A DNA stretch of 64,000 nucleotides, taken from Chlamydiota bacterium. Its GTDB lineage: Bacteria; Chlamydiota; Chlamydiia; Chlamydiales; JAAZZY01. Location: NCBI GenBank assembly GCA_022601345.1, contig JAJACU010000019.1:112474-176473 (forward strand), read 5' to 3'. The position numbers and the translations under genes were made by a program. Shown here piece by piece: positions 1-8,724 of the stretch (its first letter is position 1; each line of letters opens with the position of its first letter). A model generated the notes under the pieces. It had not been told where the DNA came from. It was given only the letters and a program-made list of their open reading frames with translations, and did not search any database.

Positions 1-139
1 ACTTGATTCTAAAAGGCTTTGGAAGGTTGCAGAAAATGCAACTCAAAAAGCTCAGGACCTTCAAGTGATTATTGGTAAACTCGAAGACCAACGCAATGAA
101 ATTTTAAAAAAGCATAACCAACCCATTCCTAAAAATTAA
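1..139 (+). CDS. 3' end of an upstream gene (partial); coiled-coil-like C-terminus ...QVIIGKLEDQRNEILKKHNQPIPKN*
   Basis: Frame 2 is open from the window edge to TAA at 137-139. No family recognised. Confidence 0.35.
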   Translation, partial: LDSKRLWKVAENATQKAQDLQVIIGKLEDQRNEILKKHNQPIPKN

Positions 140-140
140 T

Positions 141-485
141 ATGAAGAAGATATTGCTTTTTGTAATGAGCTTTTCACTTTTTGCCTTTTCTTTACAGCTT
201 GTAAATGCAGAGGGCTTAGATACAGAAGCTCTTGATCGTCAAACAGAAATTCAAGAGCTTGAAAAAAGCATTAGCGCTTTATTGAAATGGCAAAATCAAT
301 ACCGCAAAAAACAAAAAAGCTACGAAGCTCATAGTAAGAGAGTTCTATTTAGGAATAGTTCTCCCAAAGATTCTAAGAAGTCTAATCAAATGGCAGCTGA
401 AGCTAAAGAAAATGTGTTGGAACTTCAAAAGCAAATTGATATGCTAGAGTCTAGAAAAATGGGACTGATAGAGGCTCAACTATAA
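141..485 (+). CDS. Small secreted coiled-coil protein (hypothetical)
   Basis: 114 aa. N-terminal signal peptide MKKILLFVMSFSLFAFSLQLVNA followed by a charged heptad-like sequence. No family recognised. Confidence 0.55.
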   Translation: MKKILLFVMSFSLFAFSLQLVNAEGLDTEALDRQTEIQELEKSISALLKWQNQYRKKQKSYEAHSKRVLFRNSSPKDSKKSNQMAAEAKENVLELQKQIDMLESRKMGLIEAQL

Positions 486-488
486 AAC

Positions 489-1952
489 ATGTCTTATATT
501 GTTCATCAATATTCACCTAGTTTACTTACAGATTTTTATCAGCTTACAATGGCCTATGGTTATTGGAAGGCTAAAATTGATCAGCACGAAGCTGTTTTTC
601 ATATGCACTTTCGCAGGCCACCTTTTAATGGAAGTTTAGCTGTAGCAGCTGGCCTTGAGAATATTATCCAAATTTTAGAAAATTATAAGTTCTCTGAAGA
701 AGATTTGTCCTTTTTACAGGAGATGAAGGATGAAAGAGGGGAACCTCATTTCTGTGAAGAGTTTATAAAATACTTAAGGGATCTAGAGTTTTGCTGGGAT
801 GTAGATGCTATTGAGGAAGGGGAGATGGTATTTCCTTACGAGCCACTTGTTCGAGTTAGGGGCCCTCTTCTACAGTGTCAGCTTCTAGAGAGCCTTATGC
901 TCAATGTCATAAATTTTCAAACACTTATTGCGACAAAGGCTGCACGTATATTTATTGCTGCAGAAGGCGCCCCAATTGTAGAATTTGGATTCAGGCGCGC
1001 TCAAGGGATTGATGGAGCTGTTTCAGCTTCAAGAGCAGCTTATATTGGAGGGTGTGTTGGAACGTCAAATGTAATGGCTGGGAAGCTCTTTGATATACCT
1101 ATTCGAGGAACTCAAGCACATAGCTGGATTTTGGCTTTTGATAGTGAACTTGAGGCCTTTGAAACCTTTGCTGAAACGCAACCAAACAATTGCTTGTTCC
1201 TTGTAGATACGTTTAGTACGTTGAAAGGAGTTAAACACGCTATTGAAGTGGGTAAAAAGTTAGTTCAAAAAGGTAAAAAGTTTTTAGGTGTGCGATTAGA
1301 TTCTGGAGATTTAGCTTATTTAAGTATTGAAGCGAGAAAAATGCTGGATGCTGCTGGCTTTAAAGATGCGATTGTACTAGCTAGTAATGAGCTTGATGAA
1401 ACGATAATTCGAGATCTTACTTTGCAGGGGGCAAAAATATGTGTGTGGGGTGTGGGGACTAATTTAGTTACATCTAAAGGCCAATCTTCTTTAGATGGAG
1501 TTTACAAAATTGCAGCTATCAAAGCGCCAGGTGGAGATTGGAAGTATCGCTTAAAAATATCTGAGCAAATGAGAAAAACGACAAACCCTGGTATTTTGCA
1601 GGTTAAGCGCTTTACTTCGGATAAAAGGTATTTGGGAGATGTTATTTATGATGAATTAAATGCTCCAAAAGATGAATGGACAATTATTGACCCGTTAGAC
1701 CCAACTAAGAAAAAAAACTTCCCTCTATCTGCTTCTTCTAAAGATATGCTTAAGCCTATCTTTAGAAAGGGTAAAAGAGTTTATGACTCTCCATCTCTTA
1801 CAGAAATACGAGGTAAAATGATTTCGCAGCTTCCTTACTTTCATAGTGGGCTTAAAAGATTTTTATTTCCTCATCAATATCCAGTTGGTCTTGATCAAAG
1901 TCTATATAAAATTAAAACTCAATTAATTGAAAAAATTAGGCGATCTAAATGA
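489..1952 (+). CDS. pncB: Nicotinate phosphoribosyltransferase
   Basis: 487 aa. The N-terminus SLLTDFYQLTMAYGYWK and the length are typical of the NAPRTase family. 4-nt ATGA overlap with the next gene. Confidence 0.9.
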   Translation: MSYIVHQYSPSLLTDFYQLTMAYGYWKAKIDQHEAVFHMHFRRPPFNGSLAVAAGLENIIQILENYKFSEEDLSFLQEMKDERGEPHFCEEFIKYLRDLEFCWDVDAIEEGEMVFPYEPLVRVRGPLLQCQLLESLMLNVINFQTLIATKAARIFIAAEGAPIVEFGFRRAQGIDGAVSASRAAYIGGCVGTSNVMAGKLFDIPIRGTQAHSWILAFDSELEAFETFAETQPNNCLFLVDTFSTLKGVKHAIEVGKKLVQKGKKFLGVRLDSGDLAYLSIEARKMLDAAGFKDAIVLASNELDETIIRDLTLQGAKICVWGVGTNLVTSKGQSSLDGVYKIAAIKAPGGDWKYRLKISEQMRKTTNPGILQVKRFTSDKRYLGDVIYDELNAPKDEWTIIDPLDPTKKKNFPLSASSKDMLKPIFRKGKRVYDSPSLTEIRGKMISQLPYFHSGLKRFLFPHQYPVGLDQSLYKIKTQLIEKIRRSK

Positions 1953-2611
1953 GTAGAGCACTTTTAATTGTAGACCTTCAAAATGACTTTTTAACCCAAG
2001 GCGCGCTTGCTGTTCCTAATTCAGATCAAATTATACCACTAATTAATGCACTTATGCCTCTGTTTGAAAACGTGTATGCAACTAAAGATTGTCACCCTGA
2101 AAATCATGTTAGTTTTGCAAGCAGGTGGAATAAAGAGGTTGGTCAAAGCGCCATGATAAATGATTCCAAACAAATTCTTTGGCCTGATCATTGTATAAAA
2201 GATCAATGGGGTTATCAATTTCCAGATTCATTAAATCAAAAATGGATTAGCAAAGAGTTTTATAAAGGAACCGACCCCAATGTAGATAGCTACAGTATTT
2301 TTTTTGATAAGAATAAAAATCCAGCGAGCAAAATCCAGGAACACCTTAAAACTGAGCAGATATCTGAGCTGTTTATTGTAGGGCTTGCTACAGACTACTG
2401 CGTTAGAGAGACTGTTTTGCATGCCTTAGATTTAGGTTACCGAGTTTCAATTATTGTAGATGGGTGTAAAGGAGTAAACATCGAGCCAGGCGACGAAGAA
2501 AAAGCGATCGTAGAAATGAAAGAAAAAGGAGCTTCTTTAGTAGAGTCTGAAGAGCTCTTTAAAACATCTTATGATTCAAAGAGCTCAACAGTTGGCGATA
2601 TTAGTCGTTAA
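1949..2611 (+). CDS. pncA: Nicotinamidase/pyrazinamidase (isochorismatase fold)
   Basis: 220 aa. Motifs ALLIVDLQNDF and IVGLATDYCV (catalytic Cys context) are typical of PncA. Translationally coupled to pncB. Confidence 0.85.
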   Translation: MSRALLIVDLQNDFLTQGALAVPNSDQIIPLINALMPLFENVYATKDCHPENHVSFASRWNKEVGQSAMINDSKQILWPDHCIKDQWGYQFPDSLNQKWISKEFYKGTDPNVDSYSIFFDKNKNPASKIQEHLKTEQISELFIVGLATDYCVRETVLHALDLGYRVSIIVDGCKGVNIEPGDEEKAIVEMKEKGASLVESEELFKTSYDSKSSTVGDISR

Positions 2612-3194
2612 AGAGTGGAGATACTGCAATATCGTACACGCTTCTTTCAACACCTTCTTGTTTAAATGAATTAAAGGAAACGTCTCTTAAAAATTCTGGA
2701 AGAGATTCATTATGAGTAAAACTCATTAATTCTTGAGCTGATCCTAGAATTTTTTCATCCAAACTCTCAAGCTGAGGTAAAATCTCTGTTTTGAAATCTT
2801 TAATACTTTCAAACTTAACAATGCCTTCTTTTTCAAAAAGCTCAAAGTCTTGTTTTTGTGCTTCAAGGGCAGCGTTGTTTTGAGCAGCTAAGAAAGATTG
2901 AACTTCTTCAGAGTCTTTTTGTCCAGAAAGAGTTTCTCCTTTAAGAGTTTGATCTTTCAATTGGTTGTTCCACTTGTAGCGAGCTAAATCATGCATCAAT
3001 GCCAATCTTTCTTGCATTAGAACAAACAGTGTTTCAAGCTCATGAATTGTAGAGTTTAATTCAGTGTTATTGCCTATGTTTACTTCTTGTTGAGCGGGTT
3101 GAACAGGGCTTGTATCTGCTTTTAAAAGAGAGGCAGATGCAAATAATGATCCCGCTACTAGAACTGCATATAATGAGTTTTTGAACATTTTCAT
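2601..3194 (-). CDS. Secreted hypothetical protein with a helix weakly resembling the periplasmic AroQ chorismate-mutase family
   Basis: 197 aa. Signal peptide MKMFKNSLYAVLVAGSLFASASLLKA. The segment LMQERLALMHDLARYKWNNQL resembles the RL..x..VAxxKW helix of secreted AroQ proteins, but the following PIED/RE motifs are absent. Confidence 0.6.
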   Translation of the reverse strand: MKMFKNSLYAVLVAGSLFASASLLKADTSPVQPAQQEVNIGNNTELNSTIHELETLFVLMQERLALMHDLARYKWNNQLKDQTLKGETLSGQKDSEEVQSFLAAQNNAALEAQKQDFELFEKEGIVKFESIKDFKTEILPQLESLDEKILGSAQELMSFTHNESLPEFLRDVSFNSFKQEGVERSVYDIAVSPLFND

Positions 3195-3214
3195 AATAAA
3201 TCTCTTTGTTAAAA

Positions 3215-3841
3215 TTATAATTTATAAACTAAGTTGATCCCATGTCTTATAGGGATTAATAAACTTTCTACTTTTGTATCTTTTTCAACATATTCATTGA
3301 ATTGATTCATAAGGTGCAATCTAGGAGTTGTTGCTTCAACAACCTCTCCTTTCCATAGTGCATCGTCAATTATGATAAGACCTCCTGGACGAGTTTTTTC
3401 GACCAGCTTTTGGTAGTATTCTAAATATGGAGTTTTATCAGCATCTAAAAAAGATAAGTCTAAGGGCTGCTCAATTTGATCTATACAATCTATAGCGTTT
3501 CCATAAAAGAGTTCTACTTTATGACCGTCCGGGTGGGCGTTAACATTTTTTGTCGCAGTTTTAAAATACAAAGCATCTCGTTCACAACTAATAACTTTTC
3601 CATCAGGCTCAAGGGCCTCTGCCATTGCAAGTGCAGAAAACCCCACATATGTTCCAATGTCAACTACATATTTGGCTCTCATAACTTTTATTAGAATCGA
3701 CAAAAGAGAGGCAACTTGAGTTCCACATAGCATGTGAGAACCCTCAAAAGTCTTTCCAGTTTCTTTTTGAATCTTTTGTAGGGATTCAGAAAGGGGCCTA
3801 GCATGGGACTCTAAATATTGTTTAATAGGCTGCAAAAGCAT
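3215..3841 (-). CDS. SAM-dependent O-methyltransferase (family 3, caffeoyl-CoA/YrrM type)
   Basis: 208 aa. Contains the SAM motif VVDIGTYVGFSALAMAEAL, then GKVISCERD and LDLSFLDADK. Confidence 0.85.
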   Translation of the reverse strand: MLLQPIKQYLESHARPLSESLQKIQKETGKTFEGSHMLCGTQVASLLSILIKVMRAKYVVDIGTYVGFSALAMAEALEPDGKVISCERDALYFKTATKNVNAHPDGHKVELFYGNAIDCIDQIEQPLDLSFLDADKTPYLEYYQKLVEKTRPGGLIIIDDALWKGEVVEATTPRLHLMNQFNEYVEKDTKVESLLIPIRHGINLVYKL

Positions 3842-3919
3842 AAAATGGTTTTTCTTTTTTGTACTAATGACCTAATATACCAAATTTTAAGCTTAAAATC
3901 AATTATTGAGACAAGAATT

Positions 3920-5311
3920 ATGGAGCCTGTGCAATTTCCCCCAAAATCAGTTTTTTTGGGTAATGATGCCTCTTTGGGTAGCGTTTTTAAAGCCAATATT
4001 CAAGAACACCCTTTTTTACTTTACTCACTTATAATCTTTGCTTTAGCGATAATTCACACGCTTTTAGCTCACCAAATTACGCAGTATGCGCACAAATTGG
4101 CTAATAAAAAAGCAAAAGAGCATCCAGAGGGAAAGCATGAGCACTCTTTTAAAATAGAAATTTTACACTTTTTGGGTGAAGTGGAGGTTATCTTTGCAAT
4201 TTGGGTTATTCCACTCTTATTAGTAATAACTTTCTTTAATGACTGGCATGTAGCAGTAAATTTTTTAAATACTGTAAATTTTGATGAGCCTCTTTTTGTT
4301 GTTGTTATTATGATTTTAGCTTCAACTAAGCCTGTTTTAAAGTCAGCTGAGTGGTGCTTACAACTAATCGCGCGCCTTTTTGGAGGCAGTGTAGCCGCTT
4401 GGTGGATTGTAATTTTGACTTTTTGTCCTATTTTGGGATCATTTATTACAGAGCCAGGAGCTATGACTCTTGGGGCTCTTTTATTGAAGAGGCAATTCTA
4501 TGAGAAAGGGCCTTCTAAAAAACTAGCTTATGCAACGTTGGGTCTACTGTTTGTAAATATATCTATTGGTGGGGTTTTGACAAACTTTGCAGCGCCTCCT
4601 GTTTTGATGGTCGCAAAAAAATGGGCATGGAGTAATAGCTTTATGTTCTTTCACTTCGGGATTAAGTCCATTGTTGCAATTTTAATTTCAAACTTTGTTT
4701 ATTTTGGCTTCTTTTTAAAGGAGCTTAAAACCTTAAAGTCTGAAACGCATACTCAAGCAGATAATGAAATTGTCCCTATTTGGATCACCGTGATCCACAT
4801 TTGTTATTTGGCGGCAGTTGTTTTTTTTGCCCATTATCCTGTCGTACTCATCGGGATACTTTTCCTCTTCTTGGCCTTTCAAAAGGCAACGGCCCCTCAC
4901 CAGGATCAACTAGCTCTTCGAGGCCCACTTCTAGTTGGAACATTCTTGGCTGGCCTTATTATTCATGGGAGTCTACAAGGGTGGTGGATTGAACCTATCA
5001 TTACAAGGCTTGCCCCAGGACCATTAATGCTTGCTTCAGCTGCTTTGACAAGTTTCAACGATAACGCTCTAATTACATACTTAAGCTCGTTAATTAACGA
5101 TCTGTCTCCTACACTTAAATATGCTGTTATGAGTGGAGCCGTTGCAGGTGGAGGGCTTACGGTAATTGCCAATGCTCCAAACCCTGCGGGTCAGTTTTTA
5201 CTTAAAGACCACTTTGAAGATGGAGTTGCACCGCTAAATCTTTTTGCTGCAGCGCTTTTTCCTACAATAGTTATTCTTATTATTTCACTTTTCCTTGTTA
5301 GGTTTTATTAG
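3920..5311 (+). CDS. Polytopic inner-membrane protein, possible ion transporter/antiporter
   Basis: About 463 aa from ATG 3920 (MEPVQF...), with many hydrophobic helices. The ORF-track start at 3818 would overlap the divergent methyltransferase gene. From memory only, it resembles the putative Na+/H+ antiporter (DUF1504) family. Confidence 0.7.
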   Translation: MEPVQFPPKSVFLGNDASLGSVFKANIQEHPFLLYSLIIFALAIIHTLLAHQITQYAHKLANKKAKEHPEGKHEHSFKIEILHFLGEVEVIFAIWVIPLLLVITFFNDWHVAVNFLNTVNFDEPLFVVVIMILASTKPVLKSAEWCLQLIARLFGGSVAAWWIVILTFCPILGSFITEPGAMTLGALLLKRQFYEKGPSKKLAYATLGLLFVNISIGGVLTNFAAPPVLMVAKKWAWSNSFMFFHFGIKSIVAILISNFVYFGFFLKELKTLKSETHTQADNEIVPIWITVIHICYLAAVVFFAHYPVVLIGILFLFLAFQKATAPHQDQLALRGPLLVGTFLAGLIIHGSLQGWWIEPIITRLAPGPLMLASAALTSFNDNALITYLSSLINDLSPTLKYAVMSGAVAGGGLTVIANAPNPAGQFLLKDHFEDGVAPLNLFAAALFPTIVILIISLFLVRFY

Positions 5312-5390
5312 GATAAACACTTGCTAGCCTAATATGGAATTCTAAGAATTTAATATACTTATTATAAGTAGTTTATGTAATTGTATTCCC

Positions 5391-5419
5391 TTGACTTTTT
5401 ACTCATTTTGTGTTATAAT
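5391..5419 (+). promoter_or_regulatory. Sigma-70/66-type consensus promoter TTGACT-N17-TATAAT with a TGn extended -10
   Basis: TTGACT at 5391-5396, a 17-nt spacer, TATAAT at 5414-5419 preceded by TGT. It lies 35 nt upstream of ATG 5454. Confidence 0.45.
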
Positions 5420-5453
5420 GATTGTAGAGTAAATCATTACAATCAAAGGTCTT

Positions 5454-5735
5454 ATGAGTTTTACAAGTCAAGTTGTCAGAATAGGTGAAGGATGGGAGGG
5501 AACTGCAAAAGTTGAAGAAGATGCAGCCCTTGTATACGCTATTCGCGATCAATATGAAGCAACGGCTCCAGGTGCTGAAGGATCCTCTGACGATGCTAAA
5601 GAGCTCTTTCCAGATACCTATGTCGATATGGCCAGAAATGCAAATCAAGAGCTAGAAATTGTTGAAGAAGAAGAGCAAAATAAATGGTTTTTCTGGCGCA
5701 AAAAGAAAAATAAGAAAAAGAAATTTTATAACTAA
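5454..5735 (+). CDS. Small acidic hypothetical protein with an aromatic/polybasic tail (WFFWRKKKNKKKKFYN)
   Basis: 93 aa. A consensus promoter and AAGG lie upstream. No family recognised. Confidence 0.5.
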   Translation: MSFTSQVVRIGEGWEGTAKVEEDAALVYAIRDQYEATAPGAEGSSDDAKELFPDTYVDMARNANQELEIVEEEEQNKWFFWRKKKNKKKKFYN

Positions 5736-5870
5736 TTTCTAAGCACTTCCTACCTAAATTTTATCTAACAGTTTTTTTAATATTGGAAATTTTCAATTAT
5801 AGTGGCTTTTTTCTTTAAAAAAGCTTTCTTTAGTTTAATGGGATAGATACGTATCATGCTTGATAATAAA

Positions 5871-5944
5871 TGGGGCAAGTAGGACTTGAACCTACGACCG
5901 ACGGGTTATGAGTCCGTTGCTCTAACCGACTGAGCTATTGCCCC
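5871..5944 (-). tRNA. tRNA with CAT anticodon (elongator Met, or Ile2 if lysidine-modified)
   Basis: The reverse complement GGGGCAATAGCTCAGTCGGTTAGAGCAACGGACTCATAACCCGTCGGTCGTAGGTTCAAGTCCTACTTGCCCCA folds as a cloverleaf. It has a 7-bp acceptor stem, GCTC/GAGC D stem, CTCATAA anticodon loop and GTAGG/CCTAC T stem. There is one A-C mismatch at 31-39. CCA is not encoded. Confidence 0.85.
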
Positions 5945-6005
5945 TGATTGAAAACGTGAAACAAGATAACCCATTTTAACGAGATAAATCAAGTCCTTTA
6001 TTAAG

Positions 6006-7265
6006 ATGACTACGAAACCTTCAGAAAGCACACAAATAAAACTAGATCATACTGCTTTGAGAACAAAGTCTGCTGTGCTTGCAAATAAGCTTCTTAGTGA
6101 ACCTCTTTTGCTTATATTTAGTTTAGTAGGATTTATTTTATGTAAGAGTTTGAATGGCACGGCTCTACAAATTTCTCTTTTAACAATGCTTAACCCCAGC
6201 CTTGGCCTGCTCGTTTTGTATTGGAGCACCTCTATCCATTGTAATCCTCAAAAGCTAAGCAGCAATTTGATATGGTCAGGAATACTTGCGCGTATGCCTT
6301 TTCTATTTTTCCCTTGGGTTACAAACCCATGGATATTTATTGGTTGTGCAGGGTTTTATATCTTTTTTTATAGAGCAAGTAACCCGGCTTGGATGGAAGT
6401 CATAAAACTAAATCTTCCAGATCCTCACAGGAGCAAGATTTATTCTTTTGCTTCAGCGCTGGGTTATGCAGAGGGGTTGGTGATTTGTCTTTGGGTGATA
6501 CCTTGGTTAAAGCAAGATGAAATGGCTTGGCGTTGGTGCTTTCCAATAGCTGCAATTATTGGAATGACTTCAGTTCTTGTTCAAAATAGGGTTGTTCCAC
6601 ATGACTATAAACTCAAGCCCGAGAAAACTAAGAAAAGTCAGTTCTCTCTAAAAAATAAAATTGTAACTCCATGGAAAGAATCATATCGTCTGATGTCTAA
6701 GAGACCCGATTTTACACGGTTTCAAGTGGGCTTCTTTTTTTGTGGATTTGGTTTGATGATGAGCAGTGCAATTTTACCCCTATACTGCGTAAACACATTG
6801 AATGTTTCTCTAGGGGAGTTTGCTACTGCAAGGCTAGTTTGTATGTGCATTGGTTATGTTATTTTTTCAAAATTTTGGAGTCGTAAGCTAAACTCTCTCC
6901 CAATCTACGAGTTTATGGTTTATGTAATTATCTGCTTTATTCTCTTTGCAATTTTTATTGTCTTGTCGTCGATCGAGATCTATTTTTTATATGCCGCATT
7001 TTTTATTTATGGTATTGCTCAAGCAGGTAGTCACTTGAGTTGGAACCTTTCAGGGCCTATTTTTGCAAAGAATGAAAATAGCGCTGTATTTAGTAGCATC
7101 AATGTTTTGATGGTAGGTATTAGAGGATGTATTGCTCCAGCACTTGGTAGCATCTTGTATATTTATTTTAGCTCATACATTGTCTTTACTGCTTTCATCC
7201 TACTTTCTTTTATAGCTATTTGGGTGATGATGCGTGGTTTAGCGCGGCATTCAATGATTTCCTAA
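6006..7265 (+). CDS. MFS-like transporter
   Basis: 419 aa, about 12 hydrophobic helices split by a basic central loop (YKLKPEKTKKSQF). The substrate cannot be inferred. Confidence 0.65.
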   Translation: MTTKPSESTQIKLDHTALRTKSAVLANKLLSEPLLLIFSLVGFILCKSLNGTALQISLLTMLNPSLGLLVLYWSTSIHCNPQKLSSNLIWSGILARMPFLFFPWVTNPWIFIGCAGFYIFFYRASNPAWMEVIKLNLPDPHRSKIYSFASALGYAEGLVICLWVIPWLKQDEMAWRWCFPIAAIIGMTSVLVQNRVVPHDYKLKPEKTKKSQFSLKNKIVTPWKESYRLMSKRPDFTRFQVGFFFCGFGLMMSSAILPLYCVNTLNVSLGEFATARLVCMCIGYVIFSKFWSRKLNSLPIYEFMVYVIICFILFAIFIVLSSIEIYFLYAAFFIYGIAQAGSHLSWNLSGPIFAKNENSAVFSSINVLMVGIRGCIAPALGSILYIYFSSYIVFTAFILLSFIAIWVMMRGLARHSMIS

Positions 7266-7365
7266 GCTTTTTTTGTAGATAAACCTCAAAAAAGTTTTTT
7301 TTTCTTGTTTTTTCATTCCAAAGGAAATAGAAGAAGAAGTTTTATGTTTGTAAAATTTTAAAGCA

Positions 7366-8580
7366 GTGTCAGCAAAAAAAATTAACGTTTTTATTCTAGT
7401 TTGTCTCATCGTTTTTCTAGCAGCAAGAAGTCATCTTGATGCAAATACAAATCAGAGCGAGAAGGCTGTCAGCAAAGAGCCTAATAATAAATACTTAAAT
7501 AGAGATTGTTTAACAATAAATGATCAATATCTAGAAGGGTATTTACAGTCGAAACTTGACCAAGAATATCCAAGTTACCCTGTTCGCGTTATTGTTCGAC
7601 ATAGGTATGCATATTTGTATAGTTTGCCTAAAGATGATCAGATACGCTCAGGAATGATTACTGTTGCTTCTAAAACACCGGGAATCTTGGGGGTCAAAGT
7701 TAAGGAAGGTATTGAACCTGCTAAACCGGGGAAAGTTGCCTGTCTTGTCCCTGCCAAGAAGCCGAGAATAAAAGGGATCTGGTTTCCTCAAAACACTGTG
7801 TTGTTCCCTCCTCTAATAGCAAGACCCAGGGCAGTACTTAATTCGATTAGCTATAGGTGGCAGTGGAAAGAAGCTTCAGAAATGCTAGGGAAAAATGCTG
7901 TTGCTGTATCGTTTGGAGATATTTTCCCCCTCTACCGATTTATTGACTTAGGCAAAGCGCATGCTAAGCTTCAGTTTTCATTAGAAGCAGCTTCGTGGGC
8001 TCTTTTTAGAATTGATCACAATGAGGCCAACGACTGGAGCGAATTTGTTAATGCCGATTATATGCTCGGTGTTCCAATAACAATGGCCGTAGGCAATTGG
8101 TCAGGTCGTCTTACATTGTATCATGTCTCTACTCATCTGGGAGACGAATTTTTAATAAATAATCCAAATTTATTGCGCGTCAACCCCAGTTATGAAGGGG
8201 TTGAGTTGTTTGTAGCTTATTTATTTAGAGATAATATTAAACCTTATCTTGGAATCGGAAGAATTTTTAGAACAGATTCAACTTTCCCTTTCAAGCCTTT
8301 GTATTTTGAATATGGTGGTGAGTTTAGGTTCTTAAGGCGAGTGGTTCATTATAACAGACTCTATGGTCAAGCCTTTGTTGCTGCGCATTTCAAAAATGAT
8401 GAGACTCGTCACTGGGCTTTAGACAGCACAGTGGTTGCAGGGTATGAGTGGAGCAAGCTACAAGGAGCTGGGCGCAGATTTAGAATTTTTATGGAATGGC
8501 ACAACGGCTTTGCTCCAGATGGTCAGTTTTATAAAGAACGCCTCGACTACTTCGGATTTAGAATTTCTTACGGGTTCTAA
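7366..8580 (+). CDS. Putative outer-membrane protein (BON-like N-terminal domain plus beta-barrel-like C-terminal domain; DUF1207-like)
   Basis: 404 aa with a GTG start and a signal peptide (KKINVFILVCLIVFLAARSHLDA). The BON-like segment is YLEGYLQSKLDQEY...YAYLYSLP...ASKTPGILGVKV. The C-terminus FGFRISYGF ends in Phe, as in OMP beta-signals. The size matches the roughly 410-aa chlamydial DUF1207 family as I recall it. Confidence 0.65.
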   Translation: MSAKKINVFILVCLIVFLAARSHLDANTNQSEKAVSKEPNNKYLNRDCLTINDQYLEGYLQSKLDQEYPSYPVRVIVRHRYAYLYSLPKDDQIRSGMITVASKTPGILGVKVKEGIEPAKPGKVACLVPAKKPRIKGIWFPQNTVLFPPLIARPRAVLNSISYRWQWKEASEMLGKNAVAVSFGDIFPLYRFIDLGKAHAKLQFSLEAASWALFRIDHNEANDWSEFVNADYMLGVPITMAVGNWSGRLTLYHVSTHLGDEFLINNPNLLRVNPSYEGVELFVAYLFRDNIKPYLGIGRIFRTDSTFPFKPLYFEYGGEFRFLRRVVHYNRLYGQAFVAAHFKNDETRHWALDSTVVAGYEWSKLQGAGRRFRIFMEWHNGFAPDGQFYKERLDYFGFRISYGF

Positions 8581-8724
8581 GTTTATTCTGAACTTGTTAT
8601 GCCAACAAATTAGTTTAATCCTTTCAAAACACTTAGTGGTAATTTTCCTGTTTAATTATAAGTTTCTTATATTTAATAATGATATGTTTTAATAGCGACG
8701 CGTGTCTATAGGTGGAAACAGGTC

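Noticed and set aside
3818-3919. N-terminal extension of the membrane-protein ORF (track start at 3818).
   Set aside because: It would overlap the divergent methyltransferase start (3841). The extension is not hydrophobic or conserved-looking. ATG 3920 is preferred.
5403-5648. 81-aa ORF antisense to the small acidic protein gene.
   Set aside because: It overlaps the promoter and the coding region of the + strand gene, which has a much better expression context. The product is Cys/Phe-rich low-complexity sequence.
5736-6005. tRNA(CAT) with AT-rich flanks as a possible integration site of a mobile element. A weak AT-only hairpin lies at 5805-5824.
   Set aside because: No integrase, direct repeat of the tRNA 3' end, or phage/IS genes are nearby. 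The hairpin (GCTTTTTT/AAAAAAGC) is too weak to call.
8435-8692. 85-aa ORF overlapping the 3' end of the outer-membrane protein gene.
   Set aside because: It is an alternate frame of a gene with a clear C-terminal beta-signal. There are no independent signals.
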